From: Octopus sinensis
Lineage: Eukaryota
NCBI RefSeq assembly: GCF_006345805.1
Contig: NC_043000.1
Coordinates: 58,838,001-58,902,000, forward strand
Length of the DNA: 64,000 nucleotides
Direction: 5' to 3'
Made by a program: the position numbers and the translations under genes. Positions 1 to 14,727 of the stretch are shown here, in pieces. Numbering within the stretch: the stretch's first letter is position 1; the number at the start of each line of letters is the position of its first letter. Under the pieces are notes generated by a model. It was not told the DNA's origin, ran no database searches, and saw only the letters and a program-made list of their open reading frames with translations.

Positions 1-771
1 TACTCGACAGAGTGTAAATACCTTGAGAGAAATACCTTGGACCTAAGAAGCATCAGTTGTAGTGTGCAAGAGAGATGACTGCGCTGGTATGGTCATGTGG
101 CGAGAATGGATGAAGATAGGTGTGTGAAAAAGTGCCACACCCTAGCGGTTGAGGGAACCTGTGGAAAAGGTAGACCCAGGAAAACCTGGGACGAGGTGGT
201 GAAGCACGATCTTCAAACATTAGGTCTCACCAAGGCAATGACTAGTGACTGAGGCCTTTGGAAATATGCTGTGCGTGAGAAGACCTGGCAGGACAAATGA
301 GACCATAACCCGTGGCCTTTACTTGGGATGTAGCCAGTCCACTTATGCATACCTTTCCATCTTTGGACACAAAACTCTGCTTGTGAAGACCTATTGAGGC
401 AAGTGAAATCGAAATCAATCAAAAAATCAATGGAAACTATAGTTGTGATACCAGTGCCGGCGGCATGTAAAAAGTACCATCCGAACGTGGCCATTGCCAG
501 TGCCGCCTCAACTGGCTTCCGTGCCGGTGGCACATAAAAAGCACCAACCGATCATGGCCATTGCCAGCCTTGCCTAGCACCTGTGCCACGTAAAAAGCAC
601 CCACTACACTCACGGAGTGGTTGGCGTTAGGAAGGGCACCCAGCTGTAGAAACACTGCCAGATCAGACTGGAGCCTGGTGCAGCCTCCTGGCTTCCCAGA
701 CCCCAGTCGAACCGTCCAACCCATGCTAGCATGGAAAATGGACGTTAGACGACGATGATGATGATGATGAT
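1..771 (+). mobile_element. 3' end of an RTE-clade (RTE-X-like) LINE: decayed ORF C-terminus, 3' UTR and (GAT)n tail
   Basis: Frame 1 reads QER*LRWYGHVARMDEDRCVKK...GRPRKTWDEVVKHDL, the RTE C-terminal motif, with two in-frame TGA stops and a final stop at 298-300. The 3' UTR has internal repeats ending AAAAAGCACC and a (GAT)n tail at ~754-771. The same UTR recurs at 20425 and 24385. Confidence 0.85.
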
Positions 772-1210
772 GTGTATTTTGTATTTTGATTATAATTGTA
801 TTTTGTCAGTCATTATATCCATGTTTACTTTTGTCTGTAAACTACTGAGAATGATGCATCATTTTGTGTATGCATTCTCATAGTGAGTTAGACAGGATCT
901 AATGAAGGACTTATTCAAAAAATCACTTGAGGGGGTGCATTTTACACCTTGGACAGATGATAATGATTACACAACATTTCGCCAATGTGTGACGGGGGAC
1001 AATGTGTAGAAACAATTGTAGTGGTTTAAATAAAGAATGTCGTTCATTCCATTTTCTATCACACACACACACATATAATTGTGATGAACCATAACTTAGA
1101 ACCCTACCCAAAAATTACTTAGAGTTCTTCACTAATCTAATTTTGTTAGCCTGGTGTGCCATCAGAGAGTTTATGAAGTATTTTGCCCAGGCTGATAAAC
1201 CCTCCCTATT

Positions 1211-1248
<38 letters not shown>

Positions 1249-2189
1249 GCATGCACACGCACACAGGCATTTAAGCTATACCAAACGATAATTAAAATAT
1301 ATCAGTTATAAAATGTTTAGTTCTGACCAATGATTGAAAAATGACCTGAAAAAGTAATATATCAAAGCGATAATCTAGAAGAGGGAAAATAAATCCTAAA
1401 GATGTGAAAAAGGAGAAAGTGAATGTAAGAATGGATGTTCTATTCCCACATTCATTTTTCCCAAAGTACTTTCTTTTTTTTTCTTTTTCTACAATAAAAT
1501 ATTTCAAGGTAAAATGTATATTAGAAGACTATATCAAGTCTGTTCCATCTACAAGTCATGAGATGGTATTAAATATAAAAGCTAAAATGATAAAACCAAT
1601 GACTGATATAAAATTATAAAAAAAGAACAAGATGATATAAAAATACATCAAGACCACAAGAACTATAGTTCACACAAAACATTGTAGTACATCAAGAACA
1701 GGTATAAGAAATAAATTAAAAAAGATTAAATGAAGATTTGCATATTCTTGTTCTACTATGAAAAGATTAAATATGTTTTAAGTCATAAATTTTTCAAAAT
1801 AGCAAAATAAAAATAGTAACTAAAGATTTCAAAATATTCCTAAATCAAGCTTAGTTATGTAGATAATGCATGATTATCCCATTTGAGTTGCCTTGAAAGT
1901 GACAAAAATTACAGATCATAATCAAAGCAAAAATTCTATTTTCCCATTTGCAGATAGGAACCTTGACAATATATAAAAGATATTATTCTCAAAAGATGCC
2001 TAAATAAAGATAACAAACAGAAAAAGTGCCCCCTAGTGAAAGTAAGCTAATAACCAGATACACATTGGAATTTATGTCATTTAGCATCACATTATGTAGT
2101 CTACAAGTACTACACCATCACTGGAGCAAGACACTGAACTTCTATTGTGCTAACTTAAGTAAAACAAAAAAAAAAGGTACAAATTAATT

Positions 2190-2330
2190 AAGATATCCTA
2201 TTCACAGAATACTGAGAAAATTTTCTTGACACAGTTATGGTGCAAGAATGGAAGCAGTTCAGTAGCCACTTTGATAAATGCATTGAAGGTGGTGCTTGGA
2301 GCACAAACTCTCTATTTGGAATGTGAATGT
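2190..2330 (+). mobile_element. Possible highly decayed Tc1-like transposase C-terminal fragment
   Basis: GTGCAAGAATGGAAGCAGTTC... reads VQEWKQFSSHFDKCIE, resembling the C-terminal helix of Tc1 transposases. No TIRs seen. Confidence 0.3.
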
Positions 2331-3557
2331 TGACAGTTGCAATAGATTAATCCAGGAAATGTGAAAGCAGATATTACTCCTTAGATAGCAAGCATGGGTT
2401 TCCTCTAGAAACTATAACCAGAGTTTCTGGTGCAAAGCAGTGAAATGTTTACTCTAAGTTATAGAAGGAGTAGTTTGAAAATTCTTTTCAGCTTCAACAG
2501 ACCAAACAAACTACTCTAAAGAAATTAATGCATATTTGCATGTTTTCCACTAATCTAACCAATAAAAAGAAAAAGAAAATTTTGCTTTCATTAACTTTAT
2601 AATTATAACTCAACATATAAATCAAAATCAAACAAAATTACTGCTGATACAGATGAAAATAATAGAAAAACATTAAGGAATTGTAAGAAAGCAATATATC
2701 TAATTCAAAATAGAACTGGAATCAAATTTGAAACCAATTTATTCATTTTAATGTCAAATACAATTCTTTAAAAAAACTGTAACCAACTAAAAAGCTAAAT
2801 ATACAAATATTCTGTAAATATTTCTCTAATAAGTGCCATTGAAAAAGTGTACATATTAACCAGCACCTGCTCCAATTCAGAACACTTTAGGCATTCAATT
2901 CTGAAACATTTATAAACATATGCTAATGGTTTCTTTTCTGTTGTCAACTCTATCTCAGAATATTACAAATTGCATTTTATCCTTGATTTTCCTTGTAAAG
3001 TTTCAATCAGTTAAAGTACTGCAGCCAAGCAACATTTTTACATTTATTAGTAAAAACTACTATGATAAATGCATCTAACAAATGAATTATCAGCTTTAAT
3101 TATCAGTAATAATTATCAAGTTGATTAAAAGTATTTAGCTTAAATAAAAATATGGTTTTACACTTCAATCTAAACATAATTCTGTTTATTTTCCCTATAA
3201 AGTCAAAGGTTAAAAAATAGAACAAGAAATTTTCATTCAAATATGAACAAATATTTAATGCATGTTGAGTATATATAAGAGTATCTGAAATATTAGATTT
3301 CATACACAGTACTATATGTGTAGGTAAGAGTACGTACATAGGGATTTCTTGCAAAATGAATGCAATACGAAATGACAGATATTCCTTGTTTTTGCAAGGA
3401 ATGTGCTAAAATAAAGAAATGATAACTTAAAATTTACTTCTGAAAACAGTTTAATACAAATGTGGTTCATATTTTGATCTTCTGGTGTTTCTTTCTAATA
3501 AAAAGTCTTTGTTATTAAAATATACTAAATAAAGCATAATGGTGGCAAATGTTCATT

Positions 3558-3580
3558 TATATATATATATATATATATAT

Positions 3581-3658
<78 letters not shown>
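3558..3658. repeat. Compound (TA)n-(GA)n microsatellite
   Basis: Directly visible. Confidence 0.95.
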
Positions 3659-3660
<2 letters not shown>

Positions 3661-4472
3661 GGTATGAGCTTTTGTAATAACAAATTACTCAACAATGTGA
3701 AACAGAATTAAATAAAATAATTGATTCTATCAAATTTTTGTAATTATTTGAGAATTGCCATCATTGAAATATTGGAATTCAAAATTCAATTACAATTATA
3801 TAAATATGAAAATATTCTAGGCACTACTACTAGTATCTCCAATATTTCAAAAATGCACCCTCAAAACTTTGTAGACAAACAATATCAAATATTATAACAG
3901 ATGCACTCACAAGTACACTTAACATACTCTAGCACAGGCTCAGAAAAAAAAGCAAACTTTGACATGCTAACAATATGTCACAAAGCACTACAAAAAAGAA
4001 CAAAATTAAAATGACAGCAACAAAAGATTCAACGAATTTGATAAAACCTTACCCAAAACAAAAAGATAACAGTGCCACAAGAACTAAACAGAATACTAAA
4101 ATCATATTTTGTATCAACAATTTAAATCTTAAAGGGTCATTCTTATAGAATCAAAAATAAACATTACAAATTCATATGTATATACATTATTAACTGCCCA
4201 TGTATAAAAGCTTCTTTTCATGAGATCATTATATACCAAAAAAACTTTGTGATAGTGTCACATATATCCACTTAGTTCTACATTAAATTTAGCTGGATAT
4301 GTTTAACTGATAAGTAATAAAATTTAACTTCATTAATGATATATTGGAATGGAAAGAGAATTCATTTTTAAAATCTGTTACTTAACTTCATGTCAAAACT
4401 TCATTTTATATGTTGTTTTAATTTTTTTAAAGCAATTATTCTTTTTAACTACTTATCTATGTAAATGATTAA

Positions 4473-4695
4473 CCTTTTCGTTACCAACCCGGCTGAAACC
4501 GGCTCTGGCTCTGTGTACAAATGTCTTTTTTTTTATAAGTTTTGAATTAAAATCTTCCATCAAACCTTAGTCGTAATTTATGTTCCTAACACTAGCTGAG
4601 TGATAACTAAGTTATTTTAATTAAATTCTTTGTTATATTTAAAATTAATTGAAAGGAACACAGAGCATCTCAAAATAAATACAGTAACGAAAGGG
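4473..4695. mobile_element. piggyBac-type MITE with TTAA target duplication
   Basis: TTAA-CCTTTTCGTTAC ... GTAACGAAAGGG-TTAA: 12-bp TIR with 1 mismatch, TTAA on both sides. Confidence 0.85.
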
Positions 4696-5234
4696 TTAAA
4701 TCATTGTGTCTTTGTGTATAAAATTGACAACACTTTTAAATTAAAAAGACAGTCTAACTGGTATTCAATCATAGATGTTCAGGTTGAGGAAATGAGGTTT
4801 TCTAAAGCAACAGTTCCCAAACACCAGGCTGTTATTTGACATCAGGTTGTGTTAAAAGAATAGATTTTTAAAACATTTTATCTCTATTTTATTGAGTATC
4901 ACAGTCTGTAGGGTGTTTTTGCATTATATATGCATTATACATGCAATATATATATATGTAATATTTACATTATGTATTATACACTTAATTGTGCTTTGTT
5001 ATATGAGTGACCCCCAGACCATGGAAAAATTGTCTTGCATGAAAGAAGCCCATGGTCTAAAACAGGTTGGGGATTGCTCTTCTAAAGGATTCAAGGCTTC
5101 ATTTAAGCACCTGAATATGCTTTACAAATTCCAAATAATAAATATAGAATATAAAAAGACATTAAGAAAACTTCCCTTTATTTTTAATATACCCACAAGA
5201 CAATTTTGTGTTCCTTCTCCAATTCACATTTTAA

Positions 5235-5436
5235 CCATTTAGTATTCAGATTAGCCTATCTAATGTAATGCTTATTTATTTACATTGCTTAGAATTAATC
5301 ATAAATTATCATGTAGCTTTAAGATTTCAATTTTAATTTTACAATGACATTGTAGGACAGGTGTAAGAGGCTGGATGTAGCCAGTTTGAACATTTACATA
5401 TTTTGGTTGGATATAGCCACTTTAAATGCTAATGGT
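5235..5436. mobile_element. Older TTAA-flanked MITE, second family
   Basis: TTAA-CCATTTAGTATT ... AATGCTAATGG-T-TTAA imperfect TIRs. Confidence 0.6.
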
Positions 5437-5857
5437 TTAAACTTTAACCTTGAAATATTCACTTATACCAATGCATTCCTTTTGTGACCTTGTGACAACA
5501 TTTATGGTTTAGATTCAGTATAATTTAAGGCCATTTAGAATAATCTATTTATTTAGCATTTTAAAATTAGCTAAAAGTAAATGTATAAAGAACTCTTTCA
5601 TTAGTTAAAAGAAGCTATTTCGAGTTCTTGAAAATGGTTTGTTACATAATAAAAATGCTACTGGAAATAACATTAGCCCTTTAAGATTTAAGAAAACAAA
5701 GCCAATAAACAGATGTTACACAGTAACTTTCAAATAAATCCAAGAAAAATACAGATTCTCCTCTAAGAAACAAAAATAAAACAAAGAAATCTGAACAAGA
5801 TGCAAAATAAAAACCATATAGCTAAATTAGAACATGACAAAAAGAATGCCTCTTTAT

Positions 5858-5901
<44 letters not shown>

Positions 5902-5913
5902 TATATTCATATA

Positions 5914-5960
<47 letters not shown>

Positions 5961-6195
5961 CTATGTATGTGTATTCATTTAGATACACACACAAACAACA
6001 GATGGTTGTTTTTGCTTGTCTTTTGGCTTTTAATATACATTGATAGTCAGTTTCATATCTATTTCAAGACATCATGGCCCCAAAATATAACATAAAGAAA
6101 AATATAATTACCCTTGCTGGCCAATAAAGTAGTCATGTTCTAATATTCAAGAAGCAGAGGACATTACAAAGAAATTAATATCAAATCGCTCTTAC

Positions 6196-6314
6196 CATCA
6201 TAATTTCTCCTAGCAGTAGAATGAAAAACATTGGGATCTTGTCTTAAAACCATTTTCAATAAATCTGGAATATCCCCTTCAATGGCATCACTGGCCAAAC
6301 TATCTTTCAATTCA
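6196..6314 (-). CDS. Candidate internal exon of unidentified host gene: ELKDSLASDAIEGDIPDLLKMVLRQDPNVFHSTARRNYD
   Basis: Acceptor gtttgcttaatttcag, donor G|gtaaga, 119 nt, open reading in phase 2 in and phase 1 out. Phase-compatible with the 8490-8570 candidate. Confidence 0.65.
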
Positions 6315-7903
6315 CTGAAATTAAGCAAACAATGTTTAACACTCCAACAGCTCCACAGTGTGTCATTAAAGTAAGGTCAAGATATTTTAGTAAGGTAGAC
6401 TATTCTGATTAGAAAGTACCCATCTAAGCTATGAAGATTGAATGGAATTAAATGAAATAAGAAAAAAAGAACCCTTATTTTAAAAATTCTTTTCTAAGGA
6501 TATTTTCATTTCCGGTTGAATTATTTCAGCTTATCACATAAATGAGAATTTGATGAAACAAAATCCTAATTCAAAAAACAAAATTTCAGATTTCTCTATT
6601 AGTCATAAAATTTTCAATTTTACTGAATTTTCAATAAAATTGAAATGATATTTTGAAATCAACAAAAAACATTGAGAACAAAGCAAATGCATATTTCATA
6701 AATAAATCTATAAAACCTACATCTAATTTTACATTCTTCTGAACCAGATATATTAAAAGACAATGTAATCATATATTAAAAAGACAACTTCAGTATATAA
6801 GGTTTGTAAATCAAGCATGAAATTACTGAGTAAATTTTATTTTAATCAATAAAAAATGATGCTCTCCATTTGGCTCTAATTTCAGGACATTAAATAGATG
6901 ATAGCTAAATCTTCATCTGAACAAGATATTGGTTTATTATTGATAACATTTCCAGACGATATGGGCATCTATTCCCAACAACTACCTCACTCAAGGCAAT
7001 AATATATAATAGCATTTTGCACATAGACACAATGAAATTAAGACAGTGGATTTGAACTAATGACCTATGAGCTTATAGTCCAATATCTAATCCACTCAGT
7101 CATTTTGCCTCTAACAAAATATAGAGAATGAAGCTGAATACTGTGATCCAGTTACTTTTCTGTAAATACCTAACAACAAATACAAAAAATTAGTGATAAT
7201 ATAAAATCATACTAGTAACATAAAAATTAAGATTTGAAAAACAGAATTCCTGGATTGTCTAAAAATTTAAATTATTGGTTTTAAAAAAAGCTGCAAAAAT
7301 TTGTTTTGTAACTCATAAAAATAAATTTCAACATTTATAATCAAATTCTCTCCTACAAGGAAACTGGTGCTGAAAAAAAGATACATCACACATGCACACA
7401 CTGTTTTTATAACTTTTTCATGTTCGCCCCCAAAAAGCAACATAAGGCAACTATTTTATTGGTGAAATATTTACAAACTAAATCAGATGTTTTCATGTTT
7501 ACATAATTATACTTATGAGAAATAAATGAATTAAACACAAACACACCTGTGTTATCTATATTAAATGCAAACACATTGACAAACACAAAACACTTGCATA
7601 CATGTTTACTTTAAATATTTTAAGAAATAATGTTAAGCAAATGAAAATTAGAAACAAAGGATCTATACTGGGAATGTTAATATATCCTAACATATGGAGT
7701 GAGTTACAGAGTCATATACATATTAAAACTGTTACTAGACTAAATTAACCCCCTTTTATGTAAGAACAACTGAATTTAGAAGGAATAATATATAAACTAC
7801 ATCAGTCCAGTTTAACTCAGTTTCTTTTAGTTATTAATATAGCCTGGATTTTGGAATTTAAATGAACAATTACTTAAATTATATACACATGGTAAGAATT
7901 TAG

Positions 7904-8110
7904 CCCTTTTGATACCAACCAATTTGAGAGTACCCATAATTATATGATACAAATTTCTTGATTTAAAGTAAACTGAATTAAAATCTTTTTGTTAATTTAT
8001 GTTCTAAACACCAGCTTAAAAATGATGAAGTAACTTTACTAAATTTTTTATTTTATAAATTAATTGAAATAAAAGCAATGCATTTCAACAGAAATATGGC
8101 AACAAAAGGG
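7904..8110. mobile_element. piggyBac-type MITE related to 4473-4695
   Basis: TTAG-CCCTTTTGATACC ... GGCAACAAAAGGG-TTAA; internal similarity to the 4473 copy. A further partial copy follows at ~8200-8380. Confidence 0.7.
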
Positions 8111-8489
8111 TTAAGATGTATATATTTAAATCCTTTCTATATCAACCTGCCAACATGGCTTTTGGTTCTAGAATACTTTGAACTTTACTTTAAAGTATTC
8201 AAATTGAAAACACAACCTTTCATCATGATTTATTTAAGGAATCTTTTGTTATATTTCAAAAACTAGCTTAGAAATGAAAATTTTAATTATTTTACTAAAC
8301 CTCTAATTTACTGAGTAATTCCAAAATTAATTGAAATATACAAGTATTATATTTCATTAGAAATATGATTACAAAAGGGTTTTTAAAAGCTGCCCCCTCC
8401 TTCCACTTTCTCTCATCTGCATGCAAAATCTTATTTTGATGTAAGGCCAATTCTAATGACAACAGATTAGACAAAAACAAGAAACAAAC

Positions 8490-8570
8490 ATATTCCTTAT
8501 TCCAATTGGTAAATCAACTGTTTGGAATAAATGGTGACAAAAAATGTTTGTATATAGGCAGCACATTAGC
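8490..8570 (-). CDS. Candidate exon of host gene: (R)LMCCLYTNIFCHHLFQTVDLPIGIRN
   Basis: Acceptor gttttctgatttttgtag, donor AT|gtttgt (non-consensus), 81 nt open in phase 2/2. It joins in frame to 6196-6314, but no upstream phase 0-to-2 linker exon was confidently found. Confidence 0.4.
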
Positions 8571-10900
8571 CTACAAAAATCAGAAAACATTAATATACTA
8601 GATGATTCTATGAATGAAGAGAAACTTGTTATTTTCTGGGTGATATGTGGCTTTTAGTGCCAAAATAACTCCACATTTTGTCGATTTCACCAAATGTCAA
8701 TTTGGAGGTGAATTCATCTCAGTTTGTTACAATTTGTGTTGAAATATTTGATATTAAATAATGATGAAACATATGTAATGTTAAACTCCCCCACTTACCT
8801 CTAATACATGAATAGTATTTATCAGTTGTACAATATAGAAAAGTAAATTTAGGCTTATTATTTAAATGAAGAGAAAAAAAGATTAGTTTGTTTTTGGAAA
8901 CCAAAGAAATCTAAGGTTTCTTAATACCATTCTAAATCAAAAGAATATTTTGGATAGTACCGTGTATCTTTCCCAATAAGCATTAGTTGCTATTATGAAA
9001 CTAAACTTGAAAAGGCTTTCTCAGCAGTAAACCAAAACATTGATACTTCAATCAAACAAGATCTACTTTAATGAGATTTTTTTTTCTTATTTAAGCTAAG
9101 TAACAATATTGAAAGGAATCATTTTAGAAGTAATTGCAGTATTGATGACCTAGTTAAAAATTTCTGATTAAATATAATATTAAACAGAAAATTTCACTTT
9201 CTCACTTAGGATCTTGTTACATTAACAAGAAAAAATTCCTTTTAAATAATTTGTTCCAATTATAATACAGTTTAGTCTCAAATTTTAACACATGAAATCC
9301 ATTTGCTTTCAAATATTCCAAGTTTTTTTGTTGTTTTTTTAATGAAAAATTAGCAATTTAATGGTGAGTTATAACACCTATGTGACCTCTTGGTTAAAAC
9401 ATAATTCTATATCTATCCTGATAATAGTGTTATGCTGAGCAATTTTAATGGTAACTTTTTCCAGTAAATTAAAAGGGAGAAGGATTACCAGATAAAACAA
9501 TGAAACTGTTTACAAATTAAATTAAATTAAAAGAGTTGAATACTTTTACACAAAAATAGAATATCAGTTATAATCAAGCCAATTATTTCTTCACTCTGTA
9601 ACTGTATTAGACATAATTGTTTGTATTGAAAACCTATTTTTCTAAGAACTTATACTTTGAAATTAGAATTTAAGTATATTTCAAATACAGCAAAGCAAAA
9701 CAATATCTTACTCTTAATAATAATAATAAAAAAGAAAAAAATTCTATATTCTGCTGCAATATTCAATATTATCTTGCTGGAAACACATGACTCTATGTTA
9801 CTAATTTGCCTGAAATTGCCTGCATTGCTCAAAATTAAACTTTACGATCTGGAATAGTGTGAGGTTTCAGCAGATATAAACATTAGTGAGGGAAAGCAAA
9901 TTATTTTTCCACTACAATTATTTATTAAACTAAAATTAACAAGATCATAATTCCTTAAGACTATTAACCTCATTTCCAGAAATTAAAACCACTTTTAATA
10001 TTTATAGCTACACTATATTCAAATTGCTTTTATCTCCAATTCTTATCAGGTGTGTCTATGTGTACATCGTTCCAGGTTGAAATTCAGAGATCAAACTAAT
10101 CAAAGCATAGTGGACATGTATATATTCCAAAATATTTCATTTCTAAAATTATCTCAAATACTGAAAGATTGAATTTGAAATTAATGAAATAAAAATTATT
10201 GAAAATTTAAGAAAAATAGCATTTTACAATTGTTTTATTTCAGTCTCTTCATAAAATTGAGAGTTTGTTTGTAAATAAGAACTTCTATCATATCTGATAC
10301 CCACAGTCCTTTAAGATATTTCAAAGAACACACCCCTCTCTCTCTCTCACTCACGCACGTGCGCGGACGGACGGAAAAATTGATTATTGTATACTGTCTA
10401 TAAAAACAAATTTAAAAATAGCAAAAGGATGATTAATTCAGCTTGAACAGATACTTAAAGTGACATAAAAAATACTTTGAAACACTAATGTTCATAGGAA
10501 TAAAACAATTTCAATTAACTAACCCACACTTGTATACCATATTAAATGGTCAATAAGCAAAACAAAAAGAAAATTAAGTTATACCATTAGAGAATGAAAT
10601 GCATAAATTTCTCCCACCCCAAAATAATCCAACAATAACAAGATTCTTATTATTGCCAAATGTGTAAACATTGATTGATATTCTTGTATTATCTTTGTAG
10701 TTTAAGTAACAATCTTGCAAATATTTTATTTTATGCATCAGCATGCACAAACATTTAGTAAAGGATAAATTTATATTTTAGAAGTTCGATGAAACTCTGA
10801 AATATATATGATAAATATAAAATTCAAGAAAGAAATATAACAATACTCTATAAATTTCCCTCTCCATATAAAAAGTACTGAAGTAAGAAAAAATATTTAA

Positions 10901-11133
10901 TCCTTCGCCTCACATGTGTATCACATATGATACTTGGTACATATTTCCTTGGCATCCATGAACTATGTATGATACACATTCCCAATATTTTTCAATCACC
11001 AAAGTAACCTAGGACTTAGGAGAGTATAGCTTTATATTACTCAAAACATAAGAAAATAGGGCAAACAAAAAGTCTGAAAGCAAGCATAGGCATCTGAGAC
11101 ATCCTTATAAAAATGCTTTGGATAGACAAAGGG
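10901..11133. mobile_element. Degenerate TTAA-flanked MITE
   Basis: TTAA-TCCTTCGCCTC ... GACAAAGGG-TTAA. Confidence 0.45.
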
Positions 11134-11611
11134 TTAAGAGATAATATCTAATACTTAAAATGCAACTGTCAACTTATGACAAATACAAAACAGCAATACT
11201 TCAAGTGAAAGTGTTGAGTGAAATATTTTAAAATATTTATAAATCAAATTTAATTCCTAAAATTATTCCTTATATCAACAGAGGTTGTTGGAGGTAAGAA
11301 ACAAGAAATTGAAACACTCGTGTTTTTCAAAAAGCATTAACAGTAAATAGAATTGCTTTCAACAAGGACTCAAAGCTCAGTTTGAAAGTTTGTTCCTACA
11401 TTTAAATAACCTTGTTATTTTTCTACCAAATTTGTATTCAGACAATCATGTCAGTTGAATATTACAGATTATTATTAAACAAAAATCATAAATGCAAAAA
11501 GAAACATTTTGCATCATAATTCTAATTCTAGAACTTCGTGATTATTGCTGCTAAAAAAATAAATAAAAAAGAAATAAAAGAAAGCATTTGGGACATCCTA
11601 CACCAACTCAC

Positions 11612-11715
11612 GCACATTTCATATACATATTTATTATTTTTTTCATCACTGTGAAGGCAAATGATTTGCTGATGAGATAAAAACAAAACATATGTAAAGT
11701 TGTCTCCCACAGATA
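11612..11715 (-). CDS. Candidate internal exon of host gene: SVGDNFTYVLFLSHQQIICLHSDEKNNKYVYEMC
   Basis: Strong acceptor tttttttttccag, consensus donor gtgagt, 104 nt open (phase 1 in, phase 0 out). Confidence 0.65.
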
Positions 11716-12260
11716 CTGGAAAAAAAAATTAAAGTATTTTTATTTTCTGGCCTCACTGCATATTTATTATTAATTTTTTAATGCTTCTTGCATTAAATAT
11801 ATTAACACTAATATAATTTTATTTATATATTTTCAAGAAGTATATAATAAATGTTAGAAATGGCTATTTAGAACAACCTCATCTTTCTCAGAAATTTATA
11901 TATAACTGATAGTCAACATACAATAAAAAAAAAAAATAATAATAATGAATATTAGATTTTTCTATCATTCACCCCATTCTCCTATATCATTTGTTGAAAA
12001 ATTGTGCTTTGCAGAATTCAAATTATTATTGCATTAAATATGAATACAATTGAATTATATTCTTAGCATAGATTACAAAATAATAATACGACTACATAGC
12101 TATTTTGAGGGTTTATTTCCTATGAAATCAATGTATTGCAAGCGCTAAAACCATAATTCTGCACTAAGCTGAAATTTTTCATAAAGGCCCATTTCAATAA
12201 AGTCATAAGCTATATGACTTTTTGATATTTATCAAAAAAAAACTTAAGTGATCAACAGTA

Positions 12261-12264
<4 letters not shown>

Positions 12265-12346
<82 letters not shown>

Positions 12347-12349
12347 TGT

Positions 12350-12388
<39 letters not shown>

Positions 12389-12456
12389 TGTTGTGTGTGT
12401 GTGTGTGTGTGTGGTGTGTGTGTGTGTGTGTGTGTGTGTGTTGGTGTGTGTGTGTG

Positions 12457-12504
<48 letters not shown>

Positions 12505-12531
12505 TGTTGTGTGTGTGTGTGTGGTGTGTGT

Positions 12532-12603
<72 letters not shown>

Positions 12604-12606
12604 TGT

Positions 12607-12651
<45 letters not shown>

Positions 12652-12750
12652 TGTGTGTGGTGTGGTGTGTGTGTGTTGTGTGTGTGTGTGTGTGCGCGTG
12701 TGTGTGTGTGTGTGGTGGTGTGTGTGTGTGTGTGTGTGTGTGTGTTGTGT

Positions 12751-12830
<80 letters not shown>

Positions 12831-12886
12831 TGTTGTGTGTGTGTGTTGTGTGTGTGTGTGTGCGCGTGTGTGTGTGTGTGTGTGTG
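12265..12886. repeat. ~620-bp degenerate (GT)n tract
   Basis: Directly visible; source of the CVCV ORFs. Confidence 0.97.
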
Positions 12887-13693
12887 TTTCTTATTGATAA
12901 ATGTATTTTCTCTGAATATATTGCAAACTAAAAATTTTAATAATCTTAGAAGTGTGAAGTATATTTACTTAAATAGTGTTACTCATAAATGTTAAACAAT
13001 GTCCCTTTAATAAAATGCTTCAACTTTACATAATTTATATGTATATGTATATATATTTGATTATGAGAAAAAATATAATTATGATTTTAATCATATTCTG
13101 TACTGATATTCACTGCATTCTGAATATGTCATCTGCATATATTTGGTTGTTACTAGATTGTGTTAAATAACAGATTGCACTATTTGTTAAAGCTCGTGGG
13201 AGGAGGGGGGGAGAGGATAGAATACATTTTACTTTCAAATTTTTTTTTTTTTTTTAAGTTGAGAAGTTTAGTGAAAAACTCAAAAAGTACTGTCAAAAAA
13301 AAATAAAGTCTTTGCAGCCATCATTATTAAGGATTCCATAGATGCACAAAAAAAAACTATAACCCTGTACAAAAAAGAGAGCACAGAAAAGTAAAGAAAA
13401 GGGGGAAAGGAAGAGGTGTAAAGAATATCATTAGACTCATTGACAATGTCAAAGGTATGTACACAGAAAGTATTTGATGCTGTAATCTTTAACCACCTGT
13501 AATAAAAGAATTATGAAGTAGAAGTACCAGCAAGAAATATTATATGCAGTTATGAAAGAAAACTCATCACAATATGATGGTATGGGAAACTATGTTCCAA
13601 CAACCATTAGCACAAATAATAAACAATTTCAAAAATTTACAACAATATCCAACTCAGCAAAATATACTGAGGTATATCAAAATACATCTTTAC

Positions 13694-13743
13694 AAGTGGA
13701 GCCTTAAAAGATATATGTAGCAGTGAATGAGCTGACAATGATG
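13694..13743 (-). CDS. Possible 50-nt small exon of host gene; frame ambiguous
   Basis: Acceptor tttattttag, donor TT|gtaaag; two frames open (HHCQLIHCYIYLLRLH or SLSAHSLLHISFKAPL). A second weak candidate lies at 13463/13465-13496. Confidence 0.28.
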
Positions 13744-14574
13744 CTAAAATAAATATATTTTAAAAAATGATCACAGTAAAAAAGAAGTAAACTATCATTG
13801 GTTTTAACAGTATTAAGTCACATTTTCATTTTGTAGGCAAGATGTAATAAATATTCTTGATCAGCATATCCTCTTGTCAACTTAAAGTAAAGAACTAGGC
13901 TTCAACAGAATTTTTTAAAATAATGAAATAGCAGAAAAATTTTATTAGGTAATTCTGTTGAAACAGGCAGGTCATATTCAACAGATTAGTATAAAATCTT
14001 TGGATAGCTTTTAAGCATATCAAACAGGATAGAGTGCTTAATAATTTAAGATATACAACATACACCTAATAAAATCAATTAATTATCTTTATGTTCCATT
14101 ACAATAGAGTAACCACAAAAATATCAATAAATGAGATAATAAAAGTGATAAAATTCTAAGATTTTGGTAACTAAAGACAAACCTCTTCAAAGTATTAACT
14201 CAATACTGGATATATTTTTAACAGTTTGACTCAGGGCACCATGCCTAGAAGTTTCAAGGATGTATAGGACACATCCATCTTATCAGAAGCTAGGAACCCT
14301 GAAACTTTAAATCAGTTGGAACTGAGTCAGTCTATTATTAAAATATATGTGACTTTTTCATTTTACCATGCTAGCATTGGTTGGACAAAAACATACTACT
14401 GAAGAATTATTTTACAGCCAGATGCCCTTCTTACTAACCCACACCTGTTTTTCAAGTAAATACAGAGCAATATGGGTGATTTGTTGACAGGGAATTGTCA
14501 ACATAATGCTACCACATTCACTCATTTGATTTCATGAGCAAACATACAAACACATGCACATACACTCATATATG

Positions 14575-14727
14575 ACAGGCTACAATTCAGTTTCCAACAA
14601 CCAGTTCCACTAACAAAGTATTGATTAGCTCAGGGCTGTTGTAGAAAACATGCCATGCAGTGGGACTGAACTTAAAAACACAGAGTTGAAAAGTAAATTT
14701 CTGAATCAACAGCCATGCTTGCACCTA
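14575..14727 (-). mobile_element. Decayed tRNA-derived SINE head, same family as 26322 and 28535
   Basis: Reverse complement resembles GGTGCAAGCATGGCTG...TTCAGTCCCACTGCATGGCA. Similar relics lie at ~17435, 34720, 36500, 37380 and 50500. Confidence 0.55.

Noticed and set aside
2861-2900. Small minus-strand exon candidates near 2861-2900, 1292-1345, 48112-48153 and 48835-48880
   Set aside because: Short, with weak or ambiguous splice sites, and phases cannot be linked to the stronger exons.
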